DNA from: Octopus sinensis
Taxonomy: Eukaryota
Assembly: GCF_006345805.1 (NCBI RefSeq)
Contig: NC_043006.1
Span: 43,338,001-43,402,000, forward strand
DNA: 64,000 bases
Direction of reading: 5' to 3'
Notes under the pieces: generated by a model
Databases searched by the model: none
What the model saw: the letters and a program-made list of their open reading frames with translations, nothing else
What the model was told of the DNA's origin: nothing
Shown here: one piece after another, positions 13,114 to 26,672 of the stretch
Layout of the letters: the number at the start of each line of letters is the position of its first letter
How positions within the stretch are numbered: position 1 is the first letter of the stretch
Position numbers and translations under genes: made by a program

Positions 13114-13305
13114 ACTAAATTTAGTCATTTGACTGTGGCCATGCTGGAACAGCACCTTTTAGTTGAGGAAATCAAACCCTGGACTTATTCTTAGTAAGCC
13201 TGGTGCTTATTCTATCGGTCTCTTGTACTGAACCTGTAAGTTACGGGGACATAAAAACACTAACATCAGTTGTCAAACAGTGGGGGGTAGGGACAAAACA
13301 AGCAC
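12908..13305. mobile_element. SINE A head (+, 12908-13075) joined through (TA)n to a SINE A 3' half (-, 13115-13305)
   Basis: Match to the two halves of family A in opposite orientations. Confidence 0.8.
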
Positions 13306-13317
13306 AAAGGCACACAC

Positions 13318-13528
13318 CCCGCTGGCTAAGTGAGCAGGCCAACGGAAGAAAGAGTGAGAGAAAGTTGCGGAGAAAGAGTACAGCAGGGATTGCCCCCCCC
13401 CCTGCTGGAGCCTCGTGGAGCTTTAGGTGTTTTTGCTCAATAAATACTCACAGTGCCCTGTCTGGGAATAGAAACCGCAATCCTATGACCATGAGTCTGC
13501 TGCCCTAACAACTGGGCCATTGCACCTC
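13318..13528 (-). mobile_element. tRNA-derived SINE family D, 3'-truncated
   Basis: Head gaggtgcaatggcccagttgttagggcag...ggtttctattcccag; body shared with 42937-43245. Confidence 0.85.
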
Positions 13529-14030
13529 CACATATGTTTATGTATGCGTCTGTATATCTGTTTCTGAACACTTTTGTCTAGACATCATGTGATGGTTGTA
13601 AATGAGCCTCATCATTATGCAAGCAAGACCATTTTGTTTGGTTCCAGTCTTCTGTGTTAAACATGTCTGGTGATGGGGAAATATTACCTTCACTTGGAAA
13701 CAGGTGAGGGTTGGGTTGATGTCACTGAAAAATCTGCTTCAACAAATTATACCTGACCCATGCAAGCATGAATAAGTGGATGTTAGATGGTAGTGATGAT
13801 GATGATGATGATGATGATGATGACGACGGCAATAATGATAGCGATGATGATGATGATGATGACAATGCTGATGATGATAACGACGATGCTGATGATGACA
13901 ATGACGACAACAATGATGATAACGATGACATGTGACCGGTTCTCAATAATGAATCAGTTACTAATTATAGCCGAATTATTTTCTGGATCTGAAGACAAAC
14001 TTAATTATTGGAAAACATATTCTGCAGTGC

Positions 14031-14372
14031 TAACCCTTTCATGATCATATTCCTAATGAAATACACTGCCTATTCATTTCAATTAATTTTGCAATATATT
14101 ATTATTGTTGTTGTCGTCGTTGTTGTTGTTGAGTTGCTGCTTTTGCTGTTTCTGTTGTTGTTGTAATATTAACAAAAAAAAAAAAAGATATTGAAGGGAT
14201 TTGTTAAAATAACTATTTCATTATTTTAGATGGCGTTTGAACATATTTCAACAAAATGTTCTTAATTAAAATTATGATGGAAGGTCTCTTTGTATAGATA
14301 ATTTAAAACAAAGAAGTCTTGTATATAGAAATAGAGGCAGTTATCAGCAGATTGGCCCCAAAAATGGTTGAA
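14031..14372. mobile_element. piggyBac-like MITE, decayed
   Basis: Ends (c)taaccctttc...aaaatggttgaa resemble TTAA-CCC/GGG-TTAA termini; an internal (GTT)n tract. Confidence 0.5.
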
Positions 14373-14468
14373 TACTGTAGGTGCTATAAAATATCAGTTG
14401 AGATTTTGTAGTCAAGTTTTTGTATCAGGGACATAAAGTATCTTGGAGTTCACTATTTAATATTTCCT

Positions 14469-15082
14469 TGCATTAAGGCAGTGAGCTGGGCGAAGTGCTT
14501 AGCGGTATTTTGTTTGTCTTTATGTTCTGAGTTCAAATTCTGCTGAGGTTGACTTTGCCTTTCATCCTTTCAGGGTCAATAAATTAAGTACCAGTTGCAT
14601 CTTGGGGTCGATCTAATTAACTGGCCCCTCACCCCAAAATTTCAGGCCTTGTGCCTAGAGTAGGAAAGAATTTCCACCTTTAAAAAGGTGGTGAGCTGGC
14701 AGAAACGTTAACACGCTGGGTGAAATGCGTAGCCGTATTTCGTCTGCCGTTACATTCTGAGTTCAAATTCTGCCGAGGTCGACTTTGCCTTTCATCCTTT
14801 CGGGATCGATAAATTAAGTACCAGTTACGCACTGGGGTCGATGTAATCGATTTAATCCGTTTGTCTGTCCTTGTTTGTACCCTCTGTGTTTAGCCCCTTG
14901 TGGGTAGTAAAGAAATAAGTATTTCTTCTGTCTTTATGTTCTGAGTTCAAATTCTGCCGAGGTTGACTTTGTCTTTCTTTCTTTCGGAGTTGATAAATTA
15001 AGTACCAGTTGCATACTGGGGTCGATCTAATCGACTGCCCCGCTCCCCCAAAATTTCAGGCCTTGTGCCTAGAGTAGAAAAG
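14469..15082 (+). mobile_element. Head-to-tail array of three SINE B units
   Basis: Three copies of gagttcaaattc(t/c)gccgaggt(t/c)gactttg...aagtaccagtt; flanked by AATATTTCCT at 14459-14468 and 15083-15092. Confidence 0.88.
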
Positions 15083-15119
15083 AATATTTCCTCACGTTCC
15101 CTCTATAGCAATATTATAC

Positions 15120-15510
15120 TTTTATTGATTTCAGTCATTTAATTGTGGCTATGCTGGAGCACCATCTTTAGTCAAACAAATCTGCCCCAGGATTTATCTT
15201 TATAAGCCTAGTACATATTCAATCAGTCTCTTTTGCTGAGTCACTAAGTTACAGGGATGTAAACCACAGCAACATCAGTTGTCAAGTGATGGTGGGGAGA
15301 CAAACATATACACACAAACACATACACACATATATAGATATATATGACAGGCTTCTTTCAGTTTCCGTCTACCAAATCCACTCACAAGGCTTTGGTCGGC
15401 CCGAGGCTATAGTAGAAGACACTCACCCAAGGTGCCAGGCAGTGGGACTGAACCCGTAACCGTGTGGTTGGGAAGTAAGCCTCTTACCACACAGTCACTC
15501 CTGGGCCTAT
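15120..15510 (-). mobile_element. SINE A, full length
   Basis: Both halves present. Confidence 0.88.
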
Positions 15511-15654
15511 ATCTATAATTTATAAGTAAAGCTTTATTTATGTCATCGAACCTTACGAAACTCCTCTAGAATTACACCATCTCTGAATAAGTGCATCCAG
15601 CTGGAAAAATGTATATCTTACCAAAACAAGGAATGGCTGCTGGAGATATCATCA

Positions 15655-16270
15655 TCAAAATCATTGTTTAATGTCTGTTTCCCATGCTGGAGTGGGTTGT
15701 ACGGTTTGACTGAGGACTGGCAAGCGAGTAGGCTGCACTAGGCTCCAATTTGATCTTGCAGGGTTTCTACAGTTGGATGCCCTTCCTAATACCAACCACT
15801 CCAAGAGTGTAGTGGGTGCTTTTACATGCCACCAGCATGGGAGCCAGTCAGGGGTCACTGGCATTGACCATGTTCAGATGGTGTTTTTTATGTGCCACTG
15901 GCACGGGAGCCAGTCGGGTGTCACTGGCATTGACCAAGTTCGGATGGTGCTTTTCACGTACACCAGTACAGGAGCCAATCGGGGGGCACTGGCATTGACC
16001 ATGTTTGGATGGTGCTTTTACATGCCACCAGCATGGGAGCCAGTCAGGGGTCACTGGCATTGACCATGTTCAGATGGTGCTTTTTATGTGCCACTGACAC
16101 AGGAGCCAGTTGGGGGACACTGGCATCGACCAAGTTCGGATGGAGGTTTTTACAAGCCACCAGCATGGGAAGCCAGTCAAGCGGCACAGGCATCAACCCA
16201 CACTTGAATGGTGCCTATTATGTGCCACCAACATGAGCGCCAATCAGACGGCACCAACATCAGCCATGAC
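15655..16270 (-). mobile_element. Family C repeat with an expanded internal ~64-bp VNTR (about 6-7 units, 15829-16260)
   Basis: Unit ccaccagcatgggagccagtcaggggtcactggcattgaccatgttcagatggtgc(t)ttttatgtg. Confidence 0.88.
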
Positions 16271-16554
16271 TATAATTTCACAGAGCAGGCAACCTGCTTG
16301 GAAGAATTGTAACTCTAGAAATGTACAAAAGTAAATGTAGAAGAAACTCAACAGGCAATCTCTTTGGTGGCACAATAAGATGCACATGGTCCACACTGTA
16401 AAGTGGATGGTAGTAAGTACCAAGGCATGCAATGATAAGAAGCTGATGCATGTTATCAGATGTGCCAAGAGGTGAGATACTGATAAACCTAGTCGACCCA
16501 CCCAAATGTAGAAAGGGGAATGTTAGAATGATGATAATGAAAATGACAATGGTT

Positions 16555-16840
16555 GCAACAATGATGATGGTGATGATGATGATGGTGGTAGTTGGTGGTG
16601 GTGAAGAAGATGAGGATGATGGTGATGTGGCAGATGGCAACAATGATGATGATGATGATGACAACCACAATCATGATGGTGATGATGATGATGATGATGA
16701 TGATGACAACGATAATGAAAATGATGACGATGACGATGATGATGATGATGGTGATGACAATGATGACAAGGATAACGATGACAATGACAATGATGATAAC
16801 GATGACAGTGATAACAACGATGATGATCATGATCATGATT
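16555..16840. repeat. Imperfect (GAT/GAC)n trinucleotide tract
   Basis: Direct inspection. Confidence 0.9.
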
Positions 16841-17781
16841 TCATGTTATACACGCAGGCATTCACATAATAATCACATGTATTTACGGGCATACATACAC
16901 ACATTATCAGAAATGTATAATGAGCAACATACTCAACCTCATTAATCTATAACAATAAATGCCAAAACGAATTTCTGTGTGTCAGTATGTCACACTTTGA
17001 TCCCCTCTCTCACTATTCAGTGACATTTATACTATTCCTCCTACTGGGGTGAGGGTAATAGTAGGCATAGAGACGGTGAGCATGGTAGTGGATTGATGGT
17101 TGTGATGGTAATGGGATGATTGTAATAGTATGAGCTATAGTTATGATAGAGGCGCAGGCAATGATGATGATGGTGGTGTTGGTGGTGGTGGTGGTCAGGG
17201 AAGACAGTGATAATAAGTGATGTGAAAGACAGTGGTGATAGCGGTGGAAAGGAAGGCAGCAAAGTTGAAGGTATTGATGGTGGTGGCATCAGAAGTCTGA
17301 ATGGAGTGTGTAATGCAGGTGTGGTGGTGGTGATGGTGGTGATGGTGGTGGTACTGGTGATGGTGATGGTTGAAAACAATCAACAGAAAGAGAATGAAAG
17401 AAAGAGGTTAGACAGAAAAAATAATTGTAAAATTGTACTGACCCCCCCAATGGGGAGATAAAAAAATGTTGTTTATCATGCAGCTTTGCAATAAGTTTCA
17501 AATAGACAAATTATATCATTGTTTTGATAAAAAGTGTTCATTGCTTGAAAAGTATTTGTCAAGTTTAATAAAATTTAACATGTACTCAATGCATGATGTA
17601 TCCTTGTTGGCCCAAGGTCCAATGAAGAGCCCTCCACAGGAGCTAGCTTAAAAACCATCAGATAGAGAGGCTTTTCAGCTAATAATTAATATTTACAGAC
17701 ACAAATTTAATTACACAAATTGATACACATTCTTATACATATGTGTGTGCATATCTGTATATGCACACATGTATATACATA

Positions 17782-18177
17782 CTAGCAGTATCGCCCGGCG
17801 TTGCTCGGGTTTGTAAGGGAAATAACTATAAAACATTTTTAGAGAGTTATAGCCAAAAAATAGCCAAAAAATGGGGGAAAAAATTATGGTAAATTTTTTT
17901 TTGATAGTTAAAAAGGTCGAGTTGCGTCCCCATGACCATCTGTGGTTTGTGTTTCTGATTGTCGACCCCATGTCGAATTTATCGATCTTTTTCAGAACTG
18001 GGGGAACTTTTCAAAATTTTCGCTGCGTTAGTTTTGAATTATGACATTGGGCTATGTGTGTGTCAAGTTTCATCAGAATCGGTTGAAAGCCGTGGTCAGA
18101 GTGAGGGTACAACCAAACAGACACACACAAACACACACAAACACACACAGACAAACTGCCGTTTATATAAAGAGAGA
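17782..18177 (-). mobile_element. Non-autonomous Helitron, 396 bp
   Basis: On the minus strand A|TCTCTCTTTATATAAAC ... CCCGAGCAACGCCGGG hairpin ... CTAG|T, i.e. TC/CTAG ends in an AT target with no TSD. Confidence 0.88.
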
Positions 18178-18261
18178 TAACACAGATCAATTCATGTTTA
18201 AATATGTCTATGCACATGTATGTATATGTTGCAATATGTATATATATACATGCATATATAT

Positions 18262-20098
18262 ATATATATATATAATTTATATATTTATATAAAGGAGCAC
18301 TGCCTTTAGTCGAGCAAATTGACTGCAGCACTTATTCTTTGTAAGCCTAGTACTTATTTTATCAGTCTCTTTTGCCGAACTGCTAAGTTACGGGGATGTA
18401 AATGTACCAGCATTGGTTGTCAAGACACACATATATATATATACATATATACATATATATGACAGGCTTCTTTCATTTTCCGTCTACCAAATCCACTCAC
18501 AAGGCTTTGGTCAGCCTGAGGCTATAGTAGAAGACACTTGCCCAAGGTGCGACACGGTGGGACTGAACCTGTAACCAGGTGGTTGATAAGCAAGCTTCTT
18601 AATACACAGCCACTCCTACTAAACAATTCAATAAAGAAAGATGTTATTCACACTATATCGAAAACATATACTATAAAAAGCCTTATTTTAAAAATCAATA
18701 GAATTAAATCGAACTAAAATTAATTCTATTTTAAAATATAGTCACTCATCTGGTCTAAGGTAATAAATAATAAAAAATAATAATAGAATAAATGTACTTA
18801 TCTTAACTTAAACTAATTATCAAATAAATAATAAAAAATATGTGTATTAGCTATAAATAATTGAAAAGCATTTAACAATATTTCTTAAAATAAAAATATA
18901 TCTTATTTTGTCGAAGGATATATTATATATTATATATTATGAAATTTGATTTAAAATTCTGTTGTGTCTACGGAGAGTCTATTTCTTTTTGTACCTTATA
19001 ATGTAACACACTCACAAGTAAAATTTCCACTTATTTCTTATTTTTATTTTCCTAAAATTTTCATTGCATCTTGCAACCTTTTCAATAGTCTTGACTCTTG
19101 ACACTTGATTTAAAATTGTTAAATTGAATTTTTCCTGTAAGTTTTGGAATTATATTCCCTTATATATATATATATAATATATATATATATAATTTATATA
19201 TTTATATAAAGGAGCACTGCCTTTAGTCGAGCAAATTGACTGCAGCACTTATTCTTTGTAAGCCTAGTACTTATTTTATCAGTCTCTTTTGCCGAACTGC
19301 TAAGTTACGGGGATGTAAATGTACCAGCATTGGTTGTCAAGACACACATATATATATATACATATATACATATATATGACAGGCTTCTTTCATTTTCCGT
19401 CTACCAAATCCACTCACAAGGCTTTGGTCAGCCTGAGGCTATAGTAGAAGACACTTGCCCAAGGTGCGACACGGTGGGACTGAACCTGTAACCAGGTGGT
19501 TGATAAGCAAGCTTCTTAATACACAGCCACTCCTACTAAACAATTCAATAAAGAAAGATGTTATTCACACTATATCGAAAACATATACTATAAAAAGCCT
19601 TATTTTAAAAATCAATAGAATTAAATCGAACTAAAATTAATTCTATTTTAAAATATAGTCACTCATCTGGTCTAAGGTAATAAATAATAAAAAATAATAA
19701 TAGAATAAATGTACTTATCTTAACTTAAACTAATTATCAAATAAATAAATAAAAAATATGTGTATTAGCTATAAATAATTGAAAAGCATTTAACAATATT
19801 TCTTAAAATAAAAATATATCTTATTTTGTCGAAGGATATATTATATATTATATATTATGAAATTTGATTTAAAATTCTGTTGTGTCTACGGAGAGTCTAT
19901 TTCTTTTTGTACCTTATAATGTAACACACTCACAAGTAAAATTTCCACTTATTTCTTATTTTTATTTTCCTAAAATTTTCATTGCATCTTGCAACCTTTT
20001 CAATAGTCTTGACTCTTGACACTTGATTTAAAATTGTTAAATTGAATTTTTCCCTGTAAGTTTTGGAATTATATTCCCTTATATATATATATATAATA
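18262..20098 (+). repeat. Near-perfect tandem duplication, period 917-919 bp
   Basis: ggagcactgcc at 18294 and 19211; the only differences I found are two 1-bp indels; the junction lies in (TA)n; each unit holds a partial SINE A (-) and a PLE-like terminal piece. Confidence 0.95.
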
Positions 20099-20099
20099 T

Positions 20100-20685
20100 A
20101 TCAATAATAAAGGGTGAAATCAATTAATTAATTTAGAAATAATCGTTAATTCCACCAAGTAGAGTTCGGCATGTAAAAGACCCATTCAAGGAAGGTTCAA
20201 GTAATACTAAGTAATTAAGGGTTCAGCAACGATTTGCCTCACCACACACCGAATTTAGAAATAGCAGTCAAAAAGTTTTGGCTATTCTTTCTACTTAAAA
20301 GGGAGATCCCAGTAAAACCAAAGCACTTAAAAAACAAACGACGCAGGCAAAAGAGAAAGAAATGACGAAAACCATTCTATATTAAGTTACCTACGGACAC
20401 ACGTTTTGGAATTAAGTCATTGCAGAGCATAAAAATTAAATAAGTATGTCTTACCTGACTATTTTCCTCCTCAGCGTAGGATTCTTCAATTATAAATAAT
20501 TGCGTCTCAATTATTAATAATTGTGTATTAAATTTGAAGGCACTAGGAGACATCACCTCAACTCATGGTATCAGAGCGAGCGTAATTCTTGCCAGTACAG
20601 CCAAATTCAAAGGGTGAATGAAAGTAAGTCACCTTCCCTTTTAAGTAGAAAGAATAGCCAAAACTTTTTTACTGCTATTTCTATA
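20100..20685. mobile_element. Non-coding repeat with an internal 48-bp inverted duplication (possibly PLE-derived)
   Basis: 20257-20304 is the reverse complement of 20635-20682 (47/48); flanked by (TA)n. Confidence 0.45.
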
Positions 20686-21229
20686 TATATATATATACAT
20701 ATATACACACACACACACATATATATATACACACACATCTACATATCTATCCATTGCTATCATTGTTGTTATCATCCCATTCACCTATCCGCATCAATTT
20801 TGATGAAACTGACCCTTGATCAAAGCCACTCCATCTCAGGTTCCCTTTGGTTATAGCTGTAACTATTCTGTTTTGTTTTTTTTTGTTTTTTTTACTTTAT
20901 CTGTGAACTGAGAATCCAAGACTTCATTGTCCAGTGTGTCCTTGGTGAGGTGAGAATAGAAAATTTGGTTGCTTTTTCTAGGAGGTAGTGTGACCACATA
21001 GAGGCTCTCTCCTTGGTTTGAATGTTTTATATGTGTGTTTATGTTTATTCAAGTATGTATGTATGTATGTATATATGTATGTATGTATTGTTTTGTGTAT
21101 CCATGTGTTTGTGTGTGTTCATGTGAGAGTATGTGTATATGTACGTGCTTATTTTTTTACATGCACAGTTTTTGTGTATCTATGTGAGTATGTGTGTATA
21201 CATGTGTCTGTCTGTGTGTGTGTGTGTAT

Positions 21230-21650
21230 TCATGAGAGAGAATGTATATATGTGTGTATGTGTATATGCGTATTTTTCTGGGTATCCATGTGAGTGTGTA
21301 CATATTCATATGAGAGTATGTGTGTGTGTGTGTGTGTATTATATATGTGTATTCATGTTAGTGTGTCTGTGTGTATATGTGTATGCATGTGTGTGTGTAT
21401 GTGTGTGTATTCATGTTAGAGTGTCTGTGTGTATATGTGTATGCATGTGTGTGTGTGTGTATGTGTATTCATGTTAGAGTGTTTGTGTGTATATGTGTAT
21501 GCATGTGTGTGCGCATGTATGTGTATTCATGTTAAAGTGTCTGTGTGTATATGTGCATGCATGTGTGTGTGTGCGTTTATATGTATTCATGTAAGAGTGT
21601 TTGTGTGTGTGTGTGTGTGTGTGTATGCATGTGTGTGTGTGCATGTGTAT
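21230..21650. repeat. GT/AT-rich ~60-bp minisatellite anchored on gtattcatg
   Basis: Repeated gtattcatgttagagtgtctgtgtgtatatgtgtatgcatgtgtg. Confidence 0.8.
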
Positions 21651-22878
21651 CTTCACACATATATGTCTGTAATTATAATGCTTCCGTTTTAGTCTTTCAG
21701 TCACCAGAACAGCCATAAAAGTTTCCCCATAATTCTGCTTGACTTTAAGAGAATCAAACAGCAACATTCCCATCAACATATTCCATATTCCTTGTATTTT
21801 ATCAAAAGTTCCTACTCCATCACTGCCAATACAGAACACAGAAATGGTGACAGCACCACAAGAAAGACATTTCGCTGACAAACGCTAGATTCGTTTGCTT
21901 GATGTTAAAATCCCATTGGCAGATTTGTAAGAAAAAAATTGCTAACATTTAATTTAGTGTTGTTTGATATCACTGCAAGTGTGTGTCTGCCGGTTTGACA
22001 GTAAAAAGCCACCTAAACCAATGTTTTGCTATCTAAGATACTGACTGGAACGTTCCGGCTTGATGTGACTTTTATTACCTTCAACTAACACTATTTTACA
22101 ACTTGTGTCGCTAAAACACCACTTTGTGTTAAAGTTAAAGCTGTGTGCCCATTATTCCATTTGAGATATTACAACACATTTTCTTCCAAATAAATGCATA
22201 AAAATGAATTAAGAAAAATAATTATGGGGATGACAATAAGTGACGACGGTGATGGATTCACTTATAAACGTTTGGACACAGCAAACGTATTTGGATGGCA
22301 TGTAAACGACATCCGACAATGCAGTAAAGGGTTAAAGTGATTCTATAATCTTTGCCGAGCTCATAACTCAAACCAACTGCTGTGACTTGTTGTTGATGCA
22401 GTTAACTTGCGCTTTATTAGCTGCAGTTAAATCACTTATAATTATCTGTATAAAGCACTTTCTAAACGCCATATTTCCAATGGATTCTTTTAACATCAAA
22501 GACCAAATCTAATTTTACTTCTCTCGTAAAAAGAAAACAACAATAAAAATAAAAATAATAATAATACTAATAATAATAATAATGATGGTGATGATGATGG
22601 TGATGATAATGATAATGTCCTAACTTTAGGCACCAGATCGCAAATTTAATGGGTGGGTGGAGGTATAGTGAATTTAATCGAAACCCCAACCACCACACCC
22701 ACCACCACCACCACTAGTTCTTGACTTACTTATTTCTTACTTATTTCACCAGCTTCAGAAGGATAAAAGGCAACACTGGAACAAGGATGGAAAGGAATTC
22801 ATAACATGAAAGAAAGTAACAAAATACTACAAGGCATTAAGTCTAATACTGTACCATTATACTTCCCAAATGATAATG

Positions 22879-22917
<39 letters not shown>

Positions 22918-22992
22918 GTAATAATAATAATAATAATAATAATAGTAATAGTAATAATAATAATAATAATGATAATGATGATGATGATGATA

Positions 22993-23548
22993 ATAAATGC
23001 CCTGATGCCGTACCAGGCAGTGGCTCTCATGGCTTCTGATCTTAAATGATTGGAAGTGTTATCATGTTCATGTTTTGCCTTGGTATAAAAGATGGGCTAC
23101 AGCAAATATTCTGCTCAATACCACAGATTTGCTTGTCAGTTGCTTGACCATAACCAGTTGAGCATTTCTCTTGGTGGCTAATGGTATGTGCATCTCTGAT
23201 CACAAGCAAAAGTAGTCAGGGAGCATCATAGCCATGTGTTGAGTGGAATTCTTTGACGTTTGAATAATTCATGTATGGAAACTTGGGTGTTTTGTTCAAC
23301 ATTCTTAAACAACCCTTATTCAGAGACCCTTTGAGTGGGATGAACTACTCAACCTGAACAAAATTCTAACTGGACTCCACCTGCTAGATCATACGCTGTT
23401 TATCTTGATATGAGATCACCATGTCATACACATATGGCTGTGATTCATGTACGTGGTGTACCCTTATCAGACGGGTACTCATGACGGGTACACTAGGCTT
23501 CATATATTTGTACCCCAATGTCACTTTGATGGCATGCACTGCTCTCTC

Positions 23549-23581
<33 letters not shown>

Positions 23582-23590
23582 TATTATTAT
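22993..23590 (+). mobile_element. Non-LTR retroposon 3' UTR-like repeat with an (AAT)n tail
   Basis: About 550 bp of non-coding sequence ending ctctctc-aataataat, embedded in AAT/ATT tracts. Confidence 0.5.
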
Positions 23591-23687
23591 TATAGTAATA
23601 ATAATCCTTTCTACTATAGGCATTTTCTTTTACCTTGTGTCTATACCATCTTTTTTCTGTTGTTATTCCATAGTGTTGGCATAGCTT

Positions 23688-24022
<335 letters not shown>

Positions 24023-24037
24023 CTGTTATTATTATTA

Positions 24038-24106
<69 letters not shown>

Positions 24107-24110
24107 ATCT

Positions 24111-24443
24111 AGTGATTGGTACTTCTTTAACAACTGTCTTCATTCATACACATCACATGTCCATACAATTGCAGTCTTCTTTCTTGTACATCACATCTGA
24201 TTCCTCTTATGCCGAATCTTTCTCTCAACACATTTAAATTATGTCATTCATGCACACTTACGTTGCACATCCAATGAAACAGCTCACTTCATTTCTTTCC
24301 AGTCTTCTCATATCCTCTTCATTGACTGTCCTTGTCTTACTTGCCATGCAACACTGCAGTTCTGACATAAGTATCATACAATCTACCTTTCACTCTGTAG
24401 GAAAATACTTTTGCTAACAGCAGCAATAGTAGCTCCCTGAACT
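24111..24443 (-). mobile_element. RTE LINE C-terminal fragment
   Basis: KFRELL...RVKGRLYDTYVRTAVLHG...DMRRLERNE...GIRCDVQERRLQLYGHV. Confidence 0.85.
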
Positions 24444-24655
24444 TTTCCAAACCTATTCAATATATATATACATACATATACACACATGTGCACGCACACA
24501 CACATATATATATCTATATACATATATATCTATATCTATACATATATGCATATATATGTATGTACACACATATATATATCTATATGCACATATATATACA
24601 TATATACACATATACACACACACACATACATATATATACATACATATATATACAT

Positions 24656-25050
24656 ATGGCTGTGTAGTAAGTAGCTTGCTTACCAACCACATGGTTCCGT
24701 GTTCGGTCCCACTGCATGGCACCTTGGGCAAGTGTCTTCTACTATAACCTCGGGCTGATCAAAGCCTTGTGAGTGGATTTGGTAGATGGAAACTGAAAGG
24801 AGCCCGTTGTATATATTTATATGTGTGTGTGTTTGTGTGTCTGTGTTTGTCCCCTCAATATCGCTTGACAACTGATGCTCGTGTGTTTACATCCCTGTAA
24901 CTTAGTGGTTCAGCAAAAGGACCGATAGAATAAGTACTGGGCTTACAAAGAATAAGTCCTAGGGTCAATTTGCTCGACTAAAGGTGGTGCTCCAGCATGG
25001 CCGCAGTCAACTGACTGAAACGAGTAAAAGAGTAAATGAGAGTAAGAGTA
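24656..25050 (+). mobile_element. SINE A, full length
   Basis: Head, CORE-like gcaccttgggcaagtgtcttct, central microsatellite and tail. Confidence 0.9.
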
Positions 25051-25096
25051 TACACACACACACACACATATATGTATATATATGTACATATATATG

Positions 25097-25293
25097 TGCG
25101 TGCTCACCATGATTGACCACCACTAACTCTACAAGTTTTTTTATTCTCTTTCTGTTTATTTCCTCATGTTCCTTTCTGTTGAAGAGCATAGGCTCGAAAC
25201 ATAAAAGACTTTCTCACCTTCCTGAGCATCAAACTAATGCACCTGCTTGTTGTTTATACAACTGTCTTTGTCTTTTGTTTTTCTGTAAATTTC

Positions 25294-25297
<4 letters not shown>
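25097..25297 (+). mobile_element. Short hammerhead-bearing repeat (variant core CUGUUGA)
   Basis: CTTT-CTGTTGA-A-GAGC ATAG GCTC-GAAAC-ATA-AAAG at 25172-25207; inserted in (TA)n. Confidence 0.7.
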
Positions 25298-25331
<34 letters not shown>

Positions 25332-25343
25332 GTATATATATAT

Positions 25344-25377
<34 letters not shown>

Positions 25378-25845
25378 CATCATCATCATCATCATCATCG
25401 TTTAACGTCCGCTTTCCATGCTAGCATGGGTTGGATGGCTCAAATGGGGTCTGGGAAGCCAGAAGGCTGCACCAGGCCCAGTCTGATCTAGCAATGTTTC
25501 TACAGCTGGATGCCCTTCCTAACGCCAACCACTCCGTGAGTGTAGTGGGTGCTTTTTACGCGTCACCGGAAATTTTACATGCCACCATATATATATACAT
25601 ACATATACACGTAAAAAGCACCATCCGTCTGTGGCCATTTGCCAGCTCCGTCTGGCACCTGTGCAGGTGGCACGTAAAAAGCACCCACTACACTCATGGA
25701 GTGGTTGGCATTAGGAAGGGCATCCAGCCATAGAAACACTGCCAGATCAGACTGGGCCTGATGCAGCCTTCTGGCTTCACAGACCCCAGTTGAACCGTCC
25801 AACCCATGCTAGCATGGAAAGCGGACGCTAAATGATGATGATGAT
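25378..25845. mobile_element. Inverted pair of family C 3' ends
   Basis: 25378-~25560 (-) and ~25670-25845 (+) are reverse complements with few mismatches. Confidence 0.9.
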
Positions 25846-26511
25846 ATATATACATCTATATATACACACACACATGCATACATAGACACACATTCATATG
25901 GAAATAAATTTAAAATATATAATAAAATATACGACAATTTAAGAAAGATATAATCTAAGGAAAAAACATGAAAGATTATTGGTTAGGTTGTGTCAGGATG
26001 CACCATGAGTGTTCACTTAGCCATTTTTCAAATCATGTTCAACTGTAAGCAAATGTACCAGTGAGCTATTTTGTAACATTTGGTGTTGAAAAACACTCAC
26101 ACCTTGAGGGTATTCTTTTAAGTTCTCTGTAATGCCTTAGTTTTAATTTTACTGGTAATCTATGTTTTACATGTTTATAATCTGAATTTAATTATTTTTC
26201 TCTTATTCTAACTTCTTCAGAAAATCTGTAATACAACAAACGTGTAATTTTCTCTATAAACTGTTTATTTGATTCTTGAAGACTGTTAAATCTTCATTCA
26301 TCTTCATTCTCTTCATTTTCTTTGTTATTTTCCTGTGATGGGAGTTTATTACCATTTTGAAGAAACTGTTCCTCCTCGTTTTTTGGGGGGCGGGGGGGGG
26401 GGTTATGCCGAGTCTTCTTTTCACGACTTCTTTTTTCTTTCTATTTTTCATCCTCAGATTTTCAACAACTTTTCGGGAATCTTTATCTCATCATTATCAT
26501 CAACATATCAC

Positions 26512-26545
<34 letters not shown>

Positions 26546-26672
26546 GTCTTTTTCACCACCATCAGTTAAAAGTCTGTTTTTCATGTTGGTGCTGGTTAGA
26601 CAGTTTGACAGGATCCGACAAGCCAGTGGGCTGCATCAAGCTCCAATGTCAGCTCTGGCATGGTTTCTGCTG

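Noticed and set aside
15829-16260. CRISPR-like appearance of regular repeats (also 11823-12065 and 41480-41760)
   Set aside because: Contiguous tandem units without unique spacers, in eukaryotic context with no cas genes.
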